64,000 bases of DNA from Chrysomallon squamiferum (taxonomy: Eukaryota > Animalia > Mollusca). Position numbers and translations under genes: made by a program. Below the pieces are notes generated by a model. The model ran no database searches. It had not been told where the DNA came from and saw only the letters and a program-made list of their open reading frames with translations. Numbering within the stretch: position 1 is the first letter of the stretch; each line of letters opens with the position of its first letter. Shown here piece after piece: positions 39,001 to 52,900 of this stretch. Location of the stretch: assembly GCA_012295275.1 (NCBI GenBank), contig CM022668.1, forward strand, positions 1,302,001 through 1,366,000, written 5' to 3'.

Positions 39001-42000
39001 TTACATATTTAGGTTACATTTACATAAACAAACTGTTATTATTGATAAAACTGTCTTTGTTATAAACACAGTTCAAGACTTATAGGTAGACACACATAGA
39101 CTGATAATATTTCTTTTTAATTCTTTAAGCACTCTATCTTCATGAGGGAATATTTTGTGACAACTGTGAGAAACCAATAATTGGACCAAGATACAAGTGT
39201 GGGTAAGTACACAACTGATAATACATAAAATATATTTGTCATAGTTTGTTTCTACTTCTGTTTATCAGTACATACTGTTAATACATAAAATATATTTGTC
39301 ATAGTCTGTAATTATTTGTGTTTGACAGTACACATCTGATAATCCAAAGAAGTAGTAACATTTTGTCTTTAGTTACTTGAATTTCTATGTAACTACTTCT
39401 GTTTGACAGTACACAACTGATAATGTATAAAATATTTTTTTTACAGATAGTAAATATTTTCTGTTTGACATGTGCATTGAAAATTATTATGTAAATTATT
39501 TGTTTTCCAGAAACTGTACAAACTTTGATCTTTGCTGTTACTGTGAAGCAATTTATGGAATACACAATCCTGATCATGTTTTTGTTAAGCTGAACAGACC
39601 ATGTTTTGATGCAGGAATGAGAGATGGTAAGAAAGTAACCTTGTTGAGACGAATTCTGTATAAAGAAGAAACAGAACATCATCAGCGAGATGCTGAAACC
39701 AGAGCAGAAAGGTACTTCTTTTTATCCTGCAGTTTTTCTTTATTTTTTAATGTTTTTCAAGTTTGTAATGTCACAGCAAAGTTGGTCTTACATCTAGTTG
39801 TATAACATATTGTGTGAATCTGAAGTTTCAACAAAGACTGTACAATGTTTGCAGATTTGCAGAAAGAAGTGTTAAATGGATAGAGAAAATGAAGAAAAGG
39901 GAAGAAAAGGTTCAAGAAAAGCAAAAGAAGAGAGAGGACAAGCTGAAGAGGAAACTTGAGAAAATGGAGGCATTAAAGGATCAGCCAAAAAAGAAGGAAA
40001 AAATGGATGTTCCAGGCTATGCTCTGCCACAGTTCAAATACCCGTACCAGTAAGTTTCTGAATCAAATAGCCTTACCACTAAGTTCTAACCTTCATAATA
40101 AGTTTCTGAATCAAATAGCCTTACCACTAAGTTCTAACCTTCATAGTAAGTTTCTGAATCAAATAGCCTTACCACTAAATTCTGACCTTCATCAGTAAGT
40201 TTCTAAATCAAATACCCTTACCAGTAAGTTCTAACCTTCATAGTAAGTTTCTGAATCAAATAGCCTTACCACTAAGTTCTAACCTTCATAGTAAGTTTCT
40301 GAATCAAATACCCTTACCACTAAGTTCTAACCTTCATCAGTAAGTTTCTAAATCAAATACCCTTACCACTAAGTTCAAACCTTCATCAGTAAGTTTCTAA
40401 ATCAGATACCCTTAAAAACCTTCATCAGTAAGTTTCTAAATCAAATACCATTTCTACCAAATCAAATACCCTTACCACTAAGTTCAAACCTTCATCAGTA
40501 AGTTTCTAAATCAAATACCATTACCAGTAAGTTCTAACCCTCATCAGTAAGTTTCTAAATCAGATACCCTTAGCAGTAAGTTCTAACCTTCATCAGTAAG
40601 TTTCTAAATCAAATACTCTTACCAGTAAGTTCAAACCTTCATCAGTAAGTTTCTAAATCAGATACCCTTAGCAGTAAGTTCTAACCTTCATCAGTAAGTT
40701 TCTAAATCAACAACCCTTACCAGTAAATTTTAACTCATCAGTTTATTTTACCAATAAACTTGACCTTACCAATAAGTTTCTAAATCAAATACTTTACTAC
40801 TAAGTTGTTACAGTTACCATTAAGTTTAAACAGTTGCATGTAATGTTCTAAATCAGATAATGTGTTTTAAATTAAATACTATCAAAATGTTATGTCCAAT
40901 TTTTATACTATACAGTATTTTCCCAGTAAAGTCTGTGAGGTATTCCTATTTAAGACAGGAGAGCAGTGTCTGAAAAGTAATTTAATAAGATTTATTCTAT
41001 GGCAGGATGTTTTATGGCCATTTGACTGGAATATGCTTTCTTTATTTGAATGGATTACTCCAAAACTCAAATAAAAAAGTGAAAATATGTACCTTAGTCC
41101 TCATGACAGTCTTTCAGAGTTGTTACCAGAAAAGTTTTATTATCACTGTAACCAAATCAACTTGTTCATAAAAAATAAGATTGCAGTGGTCGTAAGTCTG
41201 ATTTGTTTCATTGTTAATACTTATAACTTGTGTTAACAAAGTTTATGCTGTTCAAGGGTCCTTGGAGCAGAGTTTGTGACTGATGTCACCATTCCAGATG
41301 GTACCCATGTCCAGCCAGGAACTAGACTTCAGAAAACCTGGAGGATGAAGAATACAGGAAGTCACCAGTGGACTAACCTAACACAAGTATTCATGTTTTT
41401 TTTTAATTGATTAGACACAAATGTCTGAAGTGTTTTTTTGTTTTTTTTTAACTCCAAAATATTTATCAAATTAAAAATTGATATGAAGTGCTTAATTTAT
41501 AAAATTACACTATTCCTCAAATAATTATTATTACTGTTTCAGATGAGACTGATGTGGGGTACAATAACATCTCCTAAGACTGAAGTATCTGCTCCAATGT
41601 TAAAGCCTGGAGAAGAAGGCAACATAACTGTAGAACTGATAGCACCAGATGAACCTGGTAAGTTTTATATTGATCTAGATAATTAGTATAGATTACAAAA
41701 CTGAATTATTAGTTTCGTTCCAACATAAATGTGTTTTAACACTTAAATTGTCAACTCTGATGATGTTGTCTGATAAAGAGTTTAAATATTTGCAGGAAGA
41801 TATCAAAGTCATTGGAAACTCTTTGACAGTGGAGTTAACTTTGGTAACCGGGTGTGGTGTTCTATTCATGTTGACCCAAAGGAAATCCTAGAGCCAAAAA
41901 CAGCAGGCGAGGAAACCAACAAAAACAATGTAAGACAAGTATAATTCTGTATAGCTTAAACTTGTTTATAACCAACCACCAATAAATCAGGTTAATGAAC

Positions 42001-42296
42001 AAATGTGTAAAATATAAAACTAACTAGTCAAACAATTATATTTTACATTTTATCCTTTTTATCTTAAATATCAGTCTGATTATCCGTGTATTTTTAATAA
42101 GTTTTCTTTTTGTAATTTTTCCATAAAAGTTTATTTTCAATAAAGCATTTAATTTAGAAAAAACATTTCTAAGTTAAATATGAAACTGAATTTTAGAGTT
42201 GATAAATGTGTAAATGTAAAAAAAAATAACATTTACTTTCATCTAAGATATTTATGTTAAACATGCAGAAGTTATGTTTATTTTAAAACCATGATA

Positions 42297-42337
<41 letters not shown>

Positions 42338-45300
42338 TTAAATACAGGCTCAGCCAGTGGATACTGATAAAGCTGATGGAACTATTGTCAACATTCCTCC
42401 TGTTCCACTGACCAAGCTCACCCCAGCCACACCCATCAAGGAACAACCAAAGGATAAACTCAGAGTTTTGGAACAGGTTGAGACTGCTGCCATGGAGACA
42501 GCAGCTGATAATTCAGGAAAGGCTGCAGACAAGACAGAGAAGATGGAGGAGAAGACAGCATCCAATATTTTGTCACAGGACGGAATACACGACCTCCTGT
42601 CCTACGAGTTTCTCGACCTGAGGGACAGAGGAACACCAAAAGTTTCCCAAACAGCCACTCCTAATAACACACCATTAGGTTGAAGATTTTTTATATTATG
42701 TGTATATAGTGTGTTTTATATATTTACACTGGTAAAAATCAAGACTCAGAACTTTTGTATAAATACCTTATTGGTACAGGATGTTTTGCCTAGAGTTGTA
42801 GATTATGAACATCTTGAGCCTTTCTAGAGCATTCATCTAACCACCAAACACATTCTTCACAAAATAAATTAAGGATACTGTTCAAAATCTTTCTCATAAA
42901 AGAAAGTTATTTTTACCAGCTTATCTGTGGTACCTGTGTTCTTTTTTGATTTTGTATATACATTGTGATATGATTTTATATCTTCATTTATTTAAAAAAT
43001 GTATAGTTTGTTATTTTCCCTAAGTGACTTGTTATAACAATCTCTTGTTAAAACGCAGAGGTTCTTTTCATTTCTTGTACTTTTTTATCTGATTTATAGA
43101 AACTATGCAGTTTTATTTGTTTATGTGTGTATGTGTGTATAAATTTAATTATTTTATATTTCTGTGACAGATGTGACCCCTCCCAAGTCTCCTGCTCCTG
43201 AGCCCTATCTCCAGTCTGAAGTTGTGTCTGATGCCAATGCTGATGTTGAAATCAGTAAAGGTAAATGTTCTTTTAATATTTTGATTTGTCTTGATCAGTT
43301 AATTTTATTGGTGCTTTAAGCTATCTATGAATGCAGCTGAATTTAATTATGTTTTAAAACAATATTTTAGAGGGAAACTTGCTGAAATCACCAACCAATG
43401 AGCAGGTTCTTTCAAGCAGCAGCAGTTTGGAACTTCTGCCTGTAGAAGACAACCCAACTGACTTGTCAGACTACATCACTGAACGCATGGCTAGTCTTGA
43501 ACTGAAGCCAGGTATGTAACTTGCTTTATTAGAAACAATGTCTGATGTCATCTATATTCAGATGGTCATGAGAAACAGAGTATCAATATATAAACATAAC
43601 TTTTTATTATCCATGAAAACAGTTTTCCATTAATAAATATATTTATCAGTATTTGATTTAGAAACACATTGATGAAGGTTAGAACTTACTGGTAAGTCAA
43701 CAAAGTAAGAATTAATGTAATAGTGTGTGTCTTTGTATGATTACTTGAAAACAGTATTTCATTAATAAATATATTTAGATAGTAGTCTACAAAGTGTAAG
43801 AATTATTTTAAGAGAGAGTTTTTATTACAGAAGTGGAAGATGATGTGGAATCGTTCAGCAGTGGGTGTGACTATGACTCTGATCTCAGTGAAGACTACTG
43901 CATAGTCCCTCTGCCAGACTGCTTCGATACCACCAAACCACTGACACGATCCACAATGGGCTTAGTTGATGATAATCAGAACACTATTGGATTACCAGGT
44001 CTACATTAAATAATAGATATAAAAAATATAAATAATCAAAATTGTTAACTATATTACAGTAATATTTATATACTTTACAGACCATATATATCTATCTTTT
44101 TAAACAAACATTGGCTATTTCATATTGCAGTTATTATTCTGTGTTATTGTTATTATTTATTATCACGTAAACTTTTCATTGATACTATCCAGTATTAGGT
44201 GTAAAGCTGATATTTTTATTTATTATCAGTAGTGTCCAAAAGTGTATTAGAGCTGAAACATGAAATAATTTCTTCAAATCATTTAAATTTGTTGACGTTG
44301 TTTATAGACAGCAACAAGTATACCGCTGGTGCTCAGCCGTCACTGGATGAGCTGCTGTCAACGTCAGGAGGCTCGCTGCAGGGGGCCCTGATGCAGCCCA
44401 CCATAGCGGGAGGCAGCCCCCTGAACTCTGCTGACAGCAAGCCAGCGGAGGAAGACTGCAGTGAGGAGAACCAGGCAGAATGTGTGAAAAAAGAAGTATC
44501 AGAGAAACTCGAGCAGTTGGTTGATAGTGTGGAGCAGATGTCTAAAATTTCAAATGAGGAAGCTGTCGCTGATGCTTCTGTAGAACCTGAGTCTACTGGT
44601 ATCAATAAGGATGCTGGTGCTCAAGATGAGAGTGATAAAACTGTACCCGAAGAAGATGAAGCTGCTAAAAGCAACGACAGTCATGCGTATGTTCTGTTTT
44701 CACAAATCATACATCAGAAGACTAATTTTAATTTTCACAGATCAATTTTTTTTTTTTACAAATTACATGAGTGAGTTAATATATAGAGCATCCTTATTTT
44801 AGATATTAATAAAATACAAACACATTATTTTTATGTTTAATCAGTTTTAAAATTGTTCTTTTTACTTGCAGAGCTACAGAATTCGTGAATCAGCTGATGC
44901 AGACAGCAATGTATGCTGCTGTGAAGGCAGGAGCTAAAGCATTCAGCACCACTAGAGGAGTTTTTAACACACTCCAAGCCAAACAGGTAATTGTCATCTT
45001 TTATATAACTTACAGGCCAGTATTCAAACTGATTGATACTGTAAACATAATTCATGTGTTTGTCTTATTGAATGTAGAAATATTGAAGTATTTAGAAAAA
45101 TAAATTAAAATTAAATTACTTACTTTATTTTAAAACATTTTTTATGCCTAACTTTATAAATCAAAACGTTTGTAAATTTTAAATAAAGACTTCTTTTAAC
45201 TGTTTTCTTGCTGCAGTGGAAGCCCCCACAATCTAACTATAAGCCTCCATCGAGTACTTGGACGCCTGCACCAGATAACTATGTCCCCCCACAGAGCAAC

Positions 45301-45510
45301 TGGAAGCCCCCAGACAGCACTTGGACTCCTCCAGAGGAAACTGTATCAAGCAAACCAAGTCCTGATCCTTTGGATAGACTTGTGGAAATGGGTTTTGCCA
45401 ACCGCCCTCGGAACAAAGAACTTCTAGCTAAACACAATAACGACTTGGAGCCTGTACTACAGGAGCTGCTGCAGGAGAATGACAATGACTGGGCAAACAG
45501 AAGGTACTGA
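34467..45510 (+). CDS. NBR1: NBR1 selective autophagy receptor (PB1-ZZ-coiled coil-FW-LIR-UBA), 20 coding exons
   Basis: Exons 34467-34577, 35373-35441, 36213-36254 (PB1 acidic motif YQDDENDKITLSSDNELQEAF), 36678-36883, 37610-37703, 37910-38065, 38389-38560, 39130-39202 and 39511-39711 (ZZ: CDNC..IIGPRYKCGNCTNFDLC..C), 39855-40049, 41257-41386, 41543-41657, 41796-41929 (FW: DVTIPDGT..KTWRMKNTG..W..GRYQSHW..RVWCSI), 42348-42678, 43171-43260, 43371-43511, 43831-43998 (LIR: SEDYCIVPLPDCFDTTKPL), 44308-44686, 44872-44986, 45217-45510 (UBA: LVEMGFANR..N..LL). Confidence 0.93.
40032..40810. repeat. 48-49-bp minisatellite overlapping the NBR1 exon 10 donor
   Basis: Unit (C)AGTAAGTTTCTRAATCAAATASCCTTACCASTAAGTTCTAACCTTCAT, ~15 copies, decaying 3'-ward. 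Confidence 0.92.
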
Positions 45511-48500
45511 TACATCAGAGTGGAGACTGTAAATATTTCAGGAGAGAGAGAACGATTTGTCTGGAATGATGTGAAGTGAAAGAAGATTTTTCTGTGTGTT
45601 TTTGCAAAATGGTTTGAAACAAAATATGTTTAATTTTTACATATCTATGTATTTTTATTAATATTGTTAATATTGCCTTTTGCTTCTTTGATATTTGTAT
45701 GAGGTAATAGTGTTAAAAAAATTTGTTTGGAGAAAAATTGTTTATTTCAATGATGTTCTGTTGATTTTTGAAAAAAAATTCTAACTTTATATTCGGATTT
45801 AGTTTTGTTTATGTATAAAAATAAAGATTTAAAAAATAACTTTTCACAATATATTTTCCTTCTGATCAGCTACAGAAAGCAAAGTTTTCATTATATTTAA
45901 TAAAAATGTAAACACAGTTATAGTGATAGTTTTATTTTGCGAATTTAAAAAAAAATAAATTCCTGCTATTTTATCTCATTTTATTTTTCTCTGAATAACA
46001 AACTTCCTATTGAAAATGGATTTTTGTTTTTCATTTATTTTAATGTAAATATGTTAGTTTTTTAATTTGTGGTTTAGAGTAAAAATGTCATTTTTGTTAT
46101 TGTCATGATGTATGAAGACTGTGATTATATAGACATTTTAATTGATCATGTATTGTGATGCTCATGGATATGTAGTACATGAAACACATAGCACAACAAC
46201 TGGATGATTAGAAATTGTGGAAATAGAATGGATGCTTGTTTCTTGATAATAATTTTATGTTATAATTTTTATCTTTTTTAAAATTAATATTGTAATTTTG
46301 CACTATTTGTTAACATTGTGATAATAAAATTATTAAGAAATATCTTTGGGAATAATATTTTAAGACAATGTATAAAAAATGATAATAATTAAAGAATATT
46401 AAGATGTAATGTGGAATTAACTGACTGATATGAAATTACTGAAAACACTAAATGGGAGATGATAAATGACCTGAGACTATAGGAAAATTACTTGTTTAAA
46501 ATGAGCATTTTATTGGTTTTAAAAAAAAAAAAAATGTAAAAGAACCTGAATCTGAAGTATATGGTTATGTATACAGAGGAATTTTAGTTTTATAAACCTA
46601 TTTATTATTTAATGTTTTAAATATGTTTTCATTTTTCATTGCTTTTTATTCTCTTTGCTTAGTTAACTTTTTATAAACAGGATATTATTTCCCAGCTTTC
46701 ATTTTGTATATTTTGCTTTCTATAAATACGAAGTCTTATGTTGTAGGATTAATTGCACTGTTAGTTAAATAGTTTTATTATTTATTGTTTGTGGGTTTGC
46801 TTTTTTTAATTGCATTCATTGATTTGTAAATAAACTTATAATACATATTGTAGCAGTATAACATATTCGTATGATATCTGTTCTATAAAATATAGAGTTT
46901 AAAGGTTTATTTCTGGAATATAAATTTTTCATAATATATTAGTTATTATATTTTTCTAACAACAGCATTTCTTCCTGTGTATCTAATTGTTTTATTTTGG
47001 AGCAAATAAAATATATAAATATGTCAACTCTAAAATGTAAAAAGAATTTCAACACACATTTAGAAACATCAAATTTAAAACACAATATTTTCATTGCTTT
47101 TTAACCAATAATTTATTTTTTATTATTTTTTTTTCATAATTGCTAGTATATCCTTCGGAGTTATCTTGACAATGTGACAGGAAAGTTTTTTGAAAATGAG
47201 AGTAAAATTAACATGTTGAGCCAATAGGGAGAATTTGATCTGTGTATTAATGATGTGTTATAAAATATTCTTGGTAGTTGCAAAAAAAAAAGAGAAATGA
47301 TTCTGTATCAACTTAGCAAATGTCTTCTCAATGTTTACTGTTTGTGAAATGTTAGTGGTTGAAATCTGTGTTTGTCTAGTTATTATATTGATGTATGAAT
47401 GTGTATGTTGTTTGAATTGAGCATGGAAAGAAATATAGTGAGCTATACAATCAGGAAACAAACAGAATAATAATAATATTTAAATAGAGTAACACTTCAT
47501 TATTGGAACTTCCTCACAGGCTGACCATTAGATATAATACAAACACACAATTCATAATTCTCTTTAAATATTTCATTGGAAAAAATTCTGAATTAACATT
47601 TTATGAGCTTGGTGAGATTATTTTGAATAATGGTAAGTCAGTACAAGTACACTGACATCATTTTGCATATTCCAACTGCAATAGTATACAAAATTTCCTG
47701 TCTTATTAGAATCAGCAAAACAAACTACAAAGACAACTCCAGCAGAAAACTTTTGGATGATAAACAGTTTGTAAGATTTTCTTGTGGTGACGGATGTGAA
47801 AGTTTGCATGTATGCACACCCACCTTTCCAAGGTAGGGGTCCTAGCAAAAATAGTGCTACACTGTACATAATGAAGAGGTATTGAGAATTGTATATTCAC
47901 TGACACACAGCTGTGTGAATAGACATGATCAAGTACCTTAATTATGTGAAAACTTATTTAATCTATTGTCTGTAATTTTGTATTGTTTCTCTTAGAACAG
48001 TTGTCTTCAGTTCTCTATACTTAGATAATGATGTTTTAACTGTGAGTGGGTGACCTTGTAATTTGACCTTCATTTTAGAGACAGTCTAATCTTTTGTCTC
48101 TGTTTTATTAAATATATTCATTTTTCTGTTCTGATGCTTCTAAAATATTATCTGAATAAACTCTTTTCAAAACAAAATGTTGTTTGTTTTTCAAATAATA
48201 GAATGAAAACTAGTTGGGCTGGTTTGTTTTGTGAAATAAATTGTTATAAGTATATATCACATTTCTTTATGTTTATGCTTTTTTTTTTTGCTTTTTTTTT
48301 TAAATGTTTAAATATTACAAGAACACAAAAATGTTGATATTATCAACATCTTTCAGTTCTTTATAGCAATATTTTTAAAAAGCTTTATATTTATTTTTTT
48401 AATTAAAAAGTATGATAAAAGTCTTACTTTTATTATGTCTTACAGTAAATCTTATGCAGATAAAAAAAGTTTAGCACCAATTAAAAAAATGTGTTTTTTA

Positions 48501-49931
48501 TGCAGCATATTGTTCAAATACAATTACATTGCATTCTAACCATTTTAATATGCGGTATCTTTAATCATGGTCCTTTGCTTCATATTCACGCAAGTATGGC
48601 TAGTGTGTACACTTCAGTCTACTGATCCAGTGTTTTTACCTTATTTATTCTTAACTCCAAATTAATATTTATGTTTCTGTGTTTATTTTTTGTTTGTTGT
48701 TATTTTATTGATATAATAATGCAGCAATAAACTTTGTTCAACCAATAGAAGTGGCTGGTTAATGACATTTAGTTCTGCATCATGGCAGTTCATGGACTTT
48801 GGATATGATTGTCATTGTCACCTTGAAGTGTACAGTGACACAGAATGTTTATCAGTTAAATCATGTTACATTTTAATGTTTGTGTCAGTGTTTCAGTCCA
48901 TTAGAAACCATTAAACAATATTTCTCATTTTTATTTCTGTGATGGTAGGGTGTTGTTCAACTTATCCCCATTGCATGTTTAAAGTTCACATAGCACAAAC
49001 AAGACTTGGATTTTGACTGTCCTAGCAATTTGCCATGATGTAAAACTCCCAAACAGCTACTGCTTTTCATGTGAATCAGAATAAGAAATACAAAAAATTT
49101 AAAATTTGTTCTTTTGTCATTTATTTCACAAACCATCATCACATTCTGAAAAACAAACTGTGAAAACTTAAATTCTAACTAAACAATAAATAAATATTGC
49201 CATAATATACTATTTCCAATGTTTATCTGCAACTAATATGAGTAGTGAAGGCACACGAATGTTTCTGTAGAGAACATTTTGAAAATATATGTATATAAAC
49301 AATCATTATAATCAGAAACTACATTGAAAAACCACCACCCCTTCATTCCTGTGCCCTACACCACTTAGAACTACTAAGTTTGTTTCAGAGATAACACATA
49401 TATTTTTTTTTACAAATTATTATACTATTAAGTTTTTTCAGAGATAACATATATATCTTTTTACACAAATAATGCTATGGTGGTATAAAATCAGTGTCTT
49501 TCTAACTGGTGTTACATAATAAAAAATATGTAATTGTAACCGATACAACCCAAAACACATTTTACCTTTTATACAATTCAAACATCCACACGTTATGCCA
49601 AATTCATGCAGTAAATTTTGTAAATCTATTTCTTTATTTTTGTTAATTTATATCAAGAGTACTTATTTTAGTATTTTGAACAAGATTAATATATTTATAA
49701 TCTAAACAAAATATTGAAATCCTGTCAAAAAAGTTGAGATTAATAAAAATGTAATTATAATCTATTTCACATTGTTCTTTTTTTCAAAATGTATTAATGT
49801 CAAGCACCACAATAATCACAGTGTTCTCTTTGTGAGAAAATAATTACACCTATCAGCTGTGGTTGAGGAAAATAAAATTAGTCAATTCCCAATTTACTGT
49901 CCTTGCATTATATCAATGGAGATTTAATCTG

Positions 49932-52900
49932 TTAAGAAGTTGCTGTAGCTATCCCAACTGGTGCCTCAGTGGCTGCTGTCACAGGTAACTCTGCAGGGTG
50001 TGTCTGTTCGTCATGCTGATGTGTATGTTCCTCATTAGATTTCACTGATGCCTGAGAGGAAGCCATATTAGCCATATGTTGAAGATCAGCAATATTTGTC
50101 ACAGGAGCAGGCATTGGTAAATTCATAGGCATCTGTGTCATACCTGCTGCACAAAAGAGAAAAATTATGTTTAAAGTCCTGAGAGAAAAATTTATTAAGT
50201 TTTTATACATAGTTTAAATATGGCTGTATCAACCATATATTGTAAGAATTTTACATAATAATGTCTTCTGGTTAATTTATAAAATGCAAATTTAATTACT
50301 ATGAGATAAAATAAAAATAAAATACAACTGTAGTTATTCCAGAAAGGAACAGGATAAGAACATGCTATTAATGTAAAATTTGTGACAACAAAAACATATT
50401 TAATCCTTTTTTCTTTTTGGCTAAAATAAAAACAAGCTTTATATTAATAATATCGTTCATTCAAAGTATTTAAAAATGCTAATCAAGACTTGATGTTTCA
50501 GGATATAAGACGTACAACTAACTATGATTGTTTTACCTGGGAAAGACATAGTTGTTCCTGCTGCTGTCATTGAAATAGGAGGCATTACAGGCTGTGGTAG
50601 TGAAGTCATGTCAGACAAATTAGGTAAACCTGGCATCGTGCTAGGAGGAGGCAAATCTGTTAAACAAAGACACAAACTGTGTAACCACATGACTGTTGTG
50701 TTAGTAGGAAATCACATTAATTACTTCCTGTTGGATTAAGTAATCCTCTAAAATCAAAAGGAAAAGAAATTCAATTGTTATGTTAACAGTAATGTTTCTA
50801 ATGGTTCAACAGTATAATAGCAGAAGTGATATTTTATCTCAGAACATAAAACAGAAAATAATATCACTGTGACAGTAAAAAATGACTAAGAAATTTGTCT
50901 CAGATTGACTTACTTGAACTGAAAACTGGGTTGGTAGCAGTGAAATTGGGGAGTGGGGCAGGTGCTGATGGGACAGTCATTCCAGGTAATGTAGAATTCT
51001 GAGGAATTACTGGTATTGTTGGCGATCCTAAACAGAAATACATATACATAACATAAACAGATGAATACATTGTTCACATCCACAATTATTATTTAATGAA
51101 TTTAGAAACTTTGTTGCCATTTTCTTCTTAAAGTTCAGATGTAAAATGGGATGGGGAAAAAAAAAACCAACTGTTGCATGAATTCAAGATTCTTAAAAAC
51201 ATACTGCAGTATGTTTAGCAAAATGTCATTGATATTTTATGCAAAGTAACCATACACTGTTTAGTAATGTTATTTAATAAAGTATTTTAACCTGCATTGA
51301 GTGAAATATTCGCCATTCCTGAAGCAACACTTGCTGGAGATCCACTCAGTGGTACCTGTAAAGAAAACAATGTCGATTCTTTTCTAACTTTAAACACTGA
51401 AATCTAAATATGACAAAATGGAAAATTATGCTGTTCACATTCTTATAGAATGATTTATCAAATTAAATTATATTGATCACTTTTTTTATATTTATAAATT
51501 AGTCAAATGTTAAAGATATTATTAAATTATACTAATAGTAAATTATACCTCAGAAAATCCGTCAGTGCTTTTAGTTGGCACAGGACCAGCTTCAACTGAA
51601 ACCTGGTGTCCAGATGGAAACTGGCGCTTTGGTATTCGATGCAGATATCCATATCCAATGTCACAGCCAAGACTGTAAAATAAATTTAAAAAATACAACA
51701 ACTTCATACCACAACTGTTTCATAGACTGAAAGAATCACAGAATGTTTGAAGGATTCATAAGCCATATATAACTTTTAACTACAAAACTTGTTATTATAG
51801 TGATTGCTAACAGCATTTGTTTTGTAATGATAACCTGAGACATTCACAAGAAAGTATTTCATAGCATCAGTAACAAAATTATCTAACAAAAATAAATTTA
51901 TATATTCAATTTGCAACTATGCTTGATCTGTGCTAAAAACTAGAAAAACTAACCTTCCATTTCCACCCCACTCTCCATTGGGTGTGACAGTGACCTCTCT
52001 ACATGAGTCTGAGTCAGTGTTGTACACATACAGTTTCAGCGGTTTAGCCTCATGAGATTCTATTAACGTAAACAAATCTTCAGACTGAAAATGAAATGAT
52101 TAAAATATCAGACATCTCTTAAACAGAACATTAAAACACACATAAAACAAGATATAAATAAAAAAATGACATCTAAAGCAAACTGGAGATGTCTGATGTC
52201 TGGTCATTAACAGATAATGCTGACAGAAGTTTCATTTTTTTCATCTTTTTTTCCCCAAGTTGCATTCTAAGATTATAATTTAATAAATTAAATGAAACAG
52301 TACTACAGTAAAACAATGAATACTACAAATAACAAAATAATGTAATTAATGTAAATATATTGAATTTACACCATATTTTCACATCTTAAACTGCATACCT
52401 ATACTGTTGTTTATCTACAAACAATAATTAATATATAATAAATAACTTACTATATAATATAAACAATAAAAATAAATATCAATGAGAATTATTATTATAC
52501 ATTCCTCAAACTTTGCATTTCACCAGTTCAAGATGATGTAACTGTGAACAGAAAATATGTTTTAAACTGAAGTATTGTCACTTATTTGTTATCGATGCAG
52601 ATATGAAAAATATAGAATATTAAAAAAATAAGGAGAGTACTCTAACCTCATGGAGAACTGAATCAGCTCCAATCACATAATCTGTATTCGACTTCAAACC
52701 TGCTATGTCTGCAGGTGAATTTGGCTGCACTTCCTGCAAGGAACAATCAATCAACAGTATGACAAGTGATTAAAAATACAAAAGTACAATAAAATAAAAT
52801 AAAATAAAATATTAAAAAATAAAAAGTAAATAAAACAAATAAAAAAGTTATAAGAATAATTTCAGTATTTATAAAGTAATTTTGTCAGTCAATGAATGTT

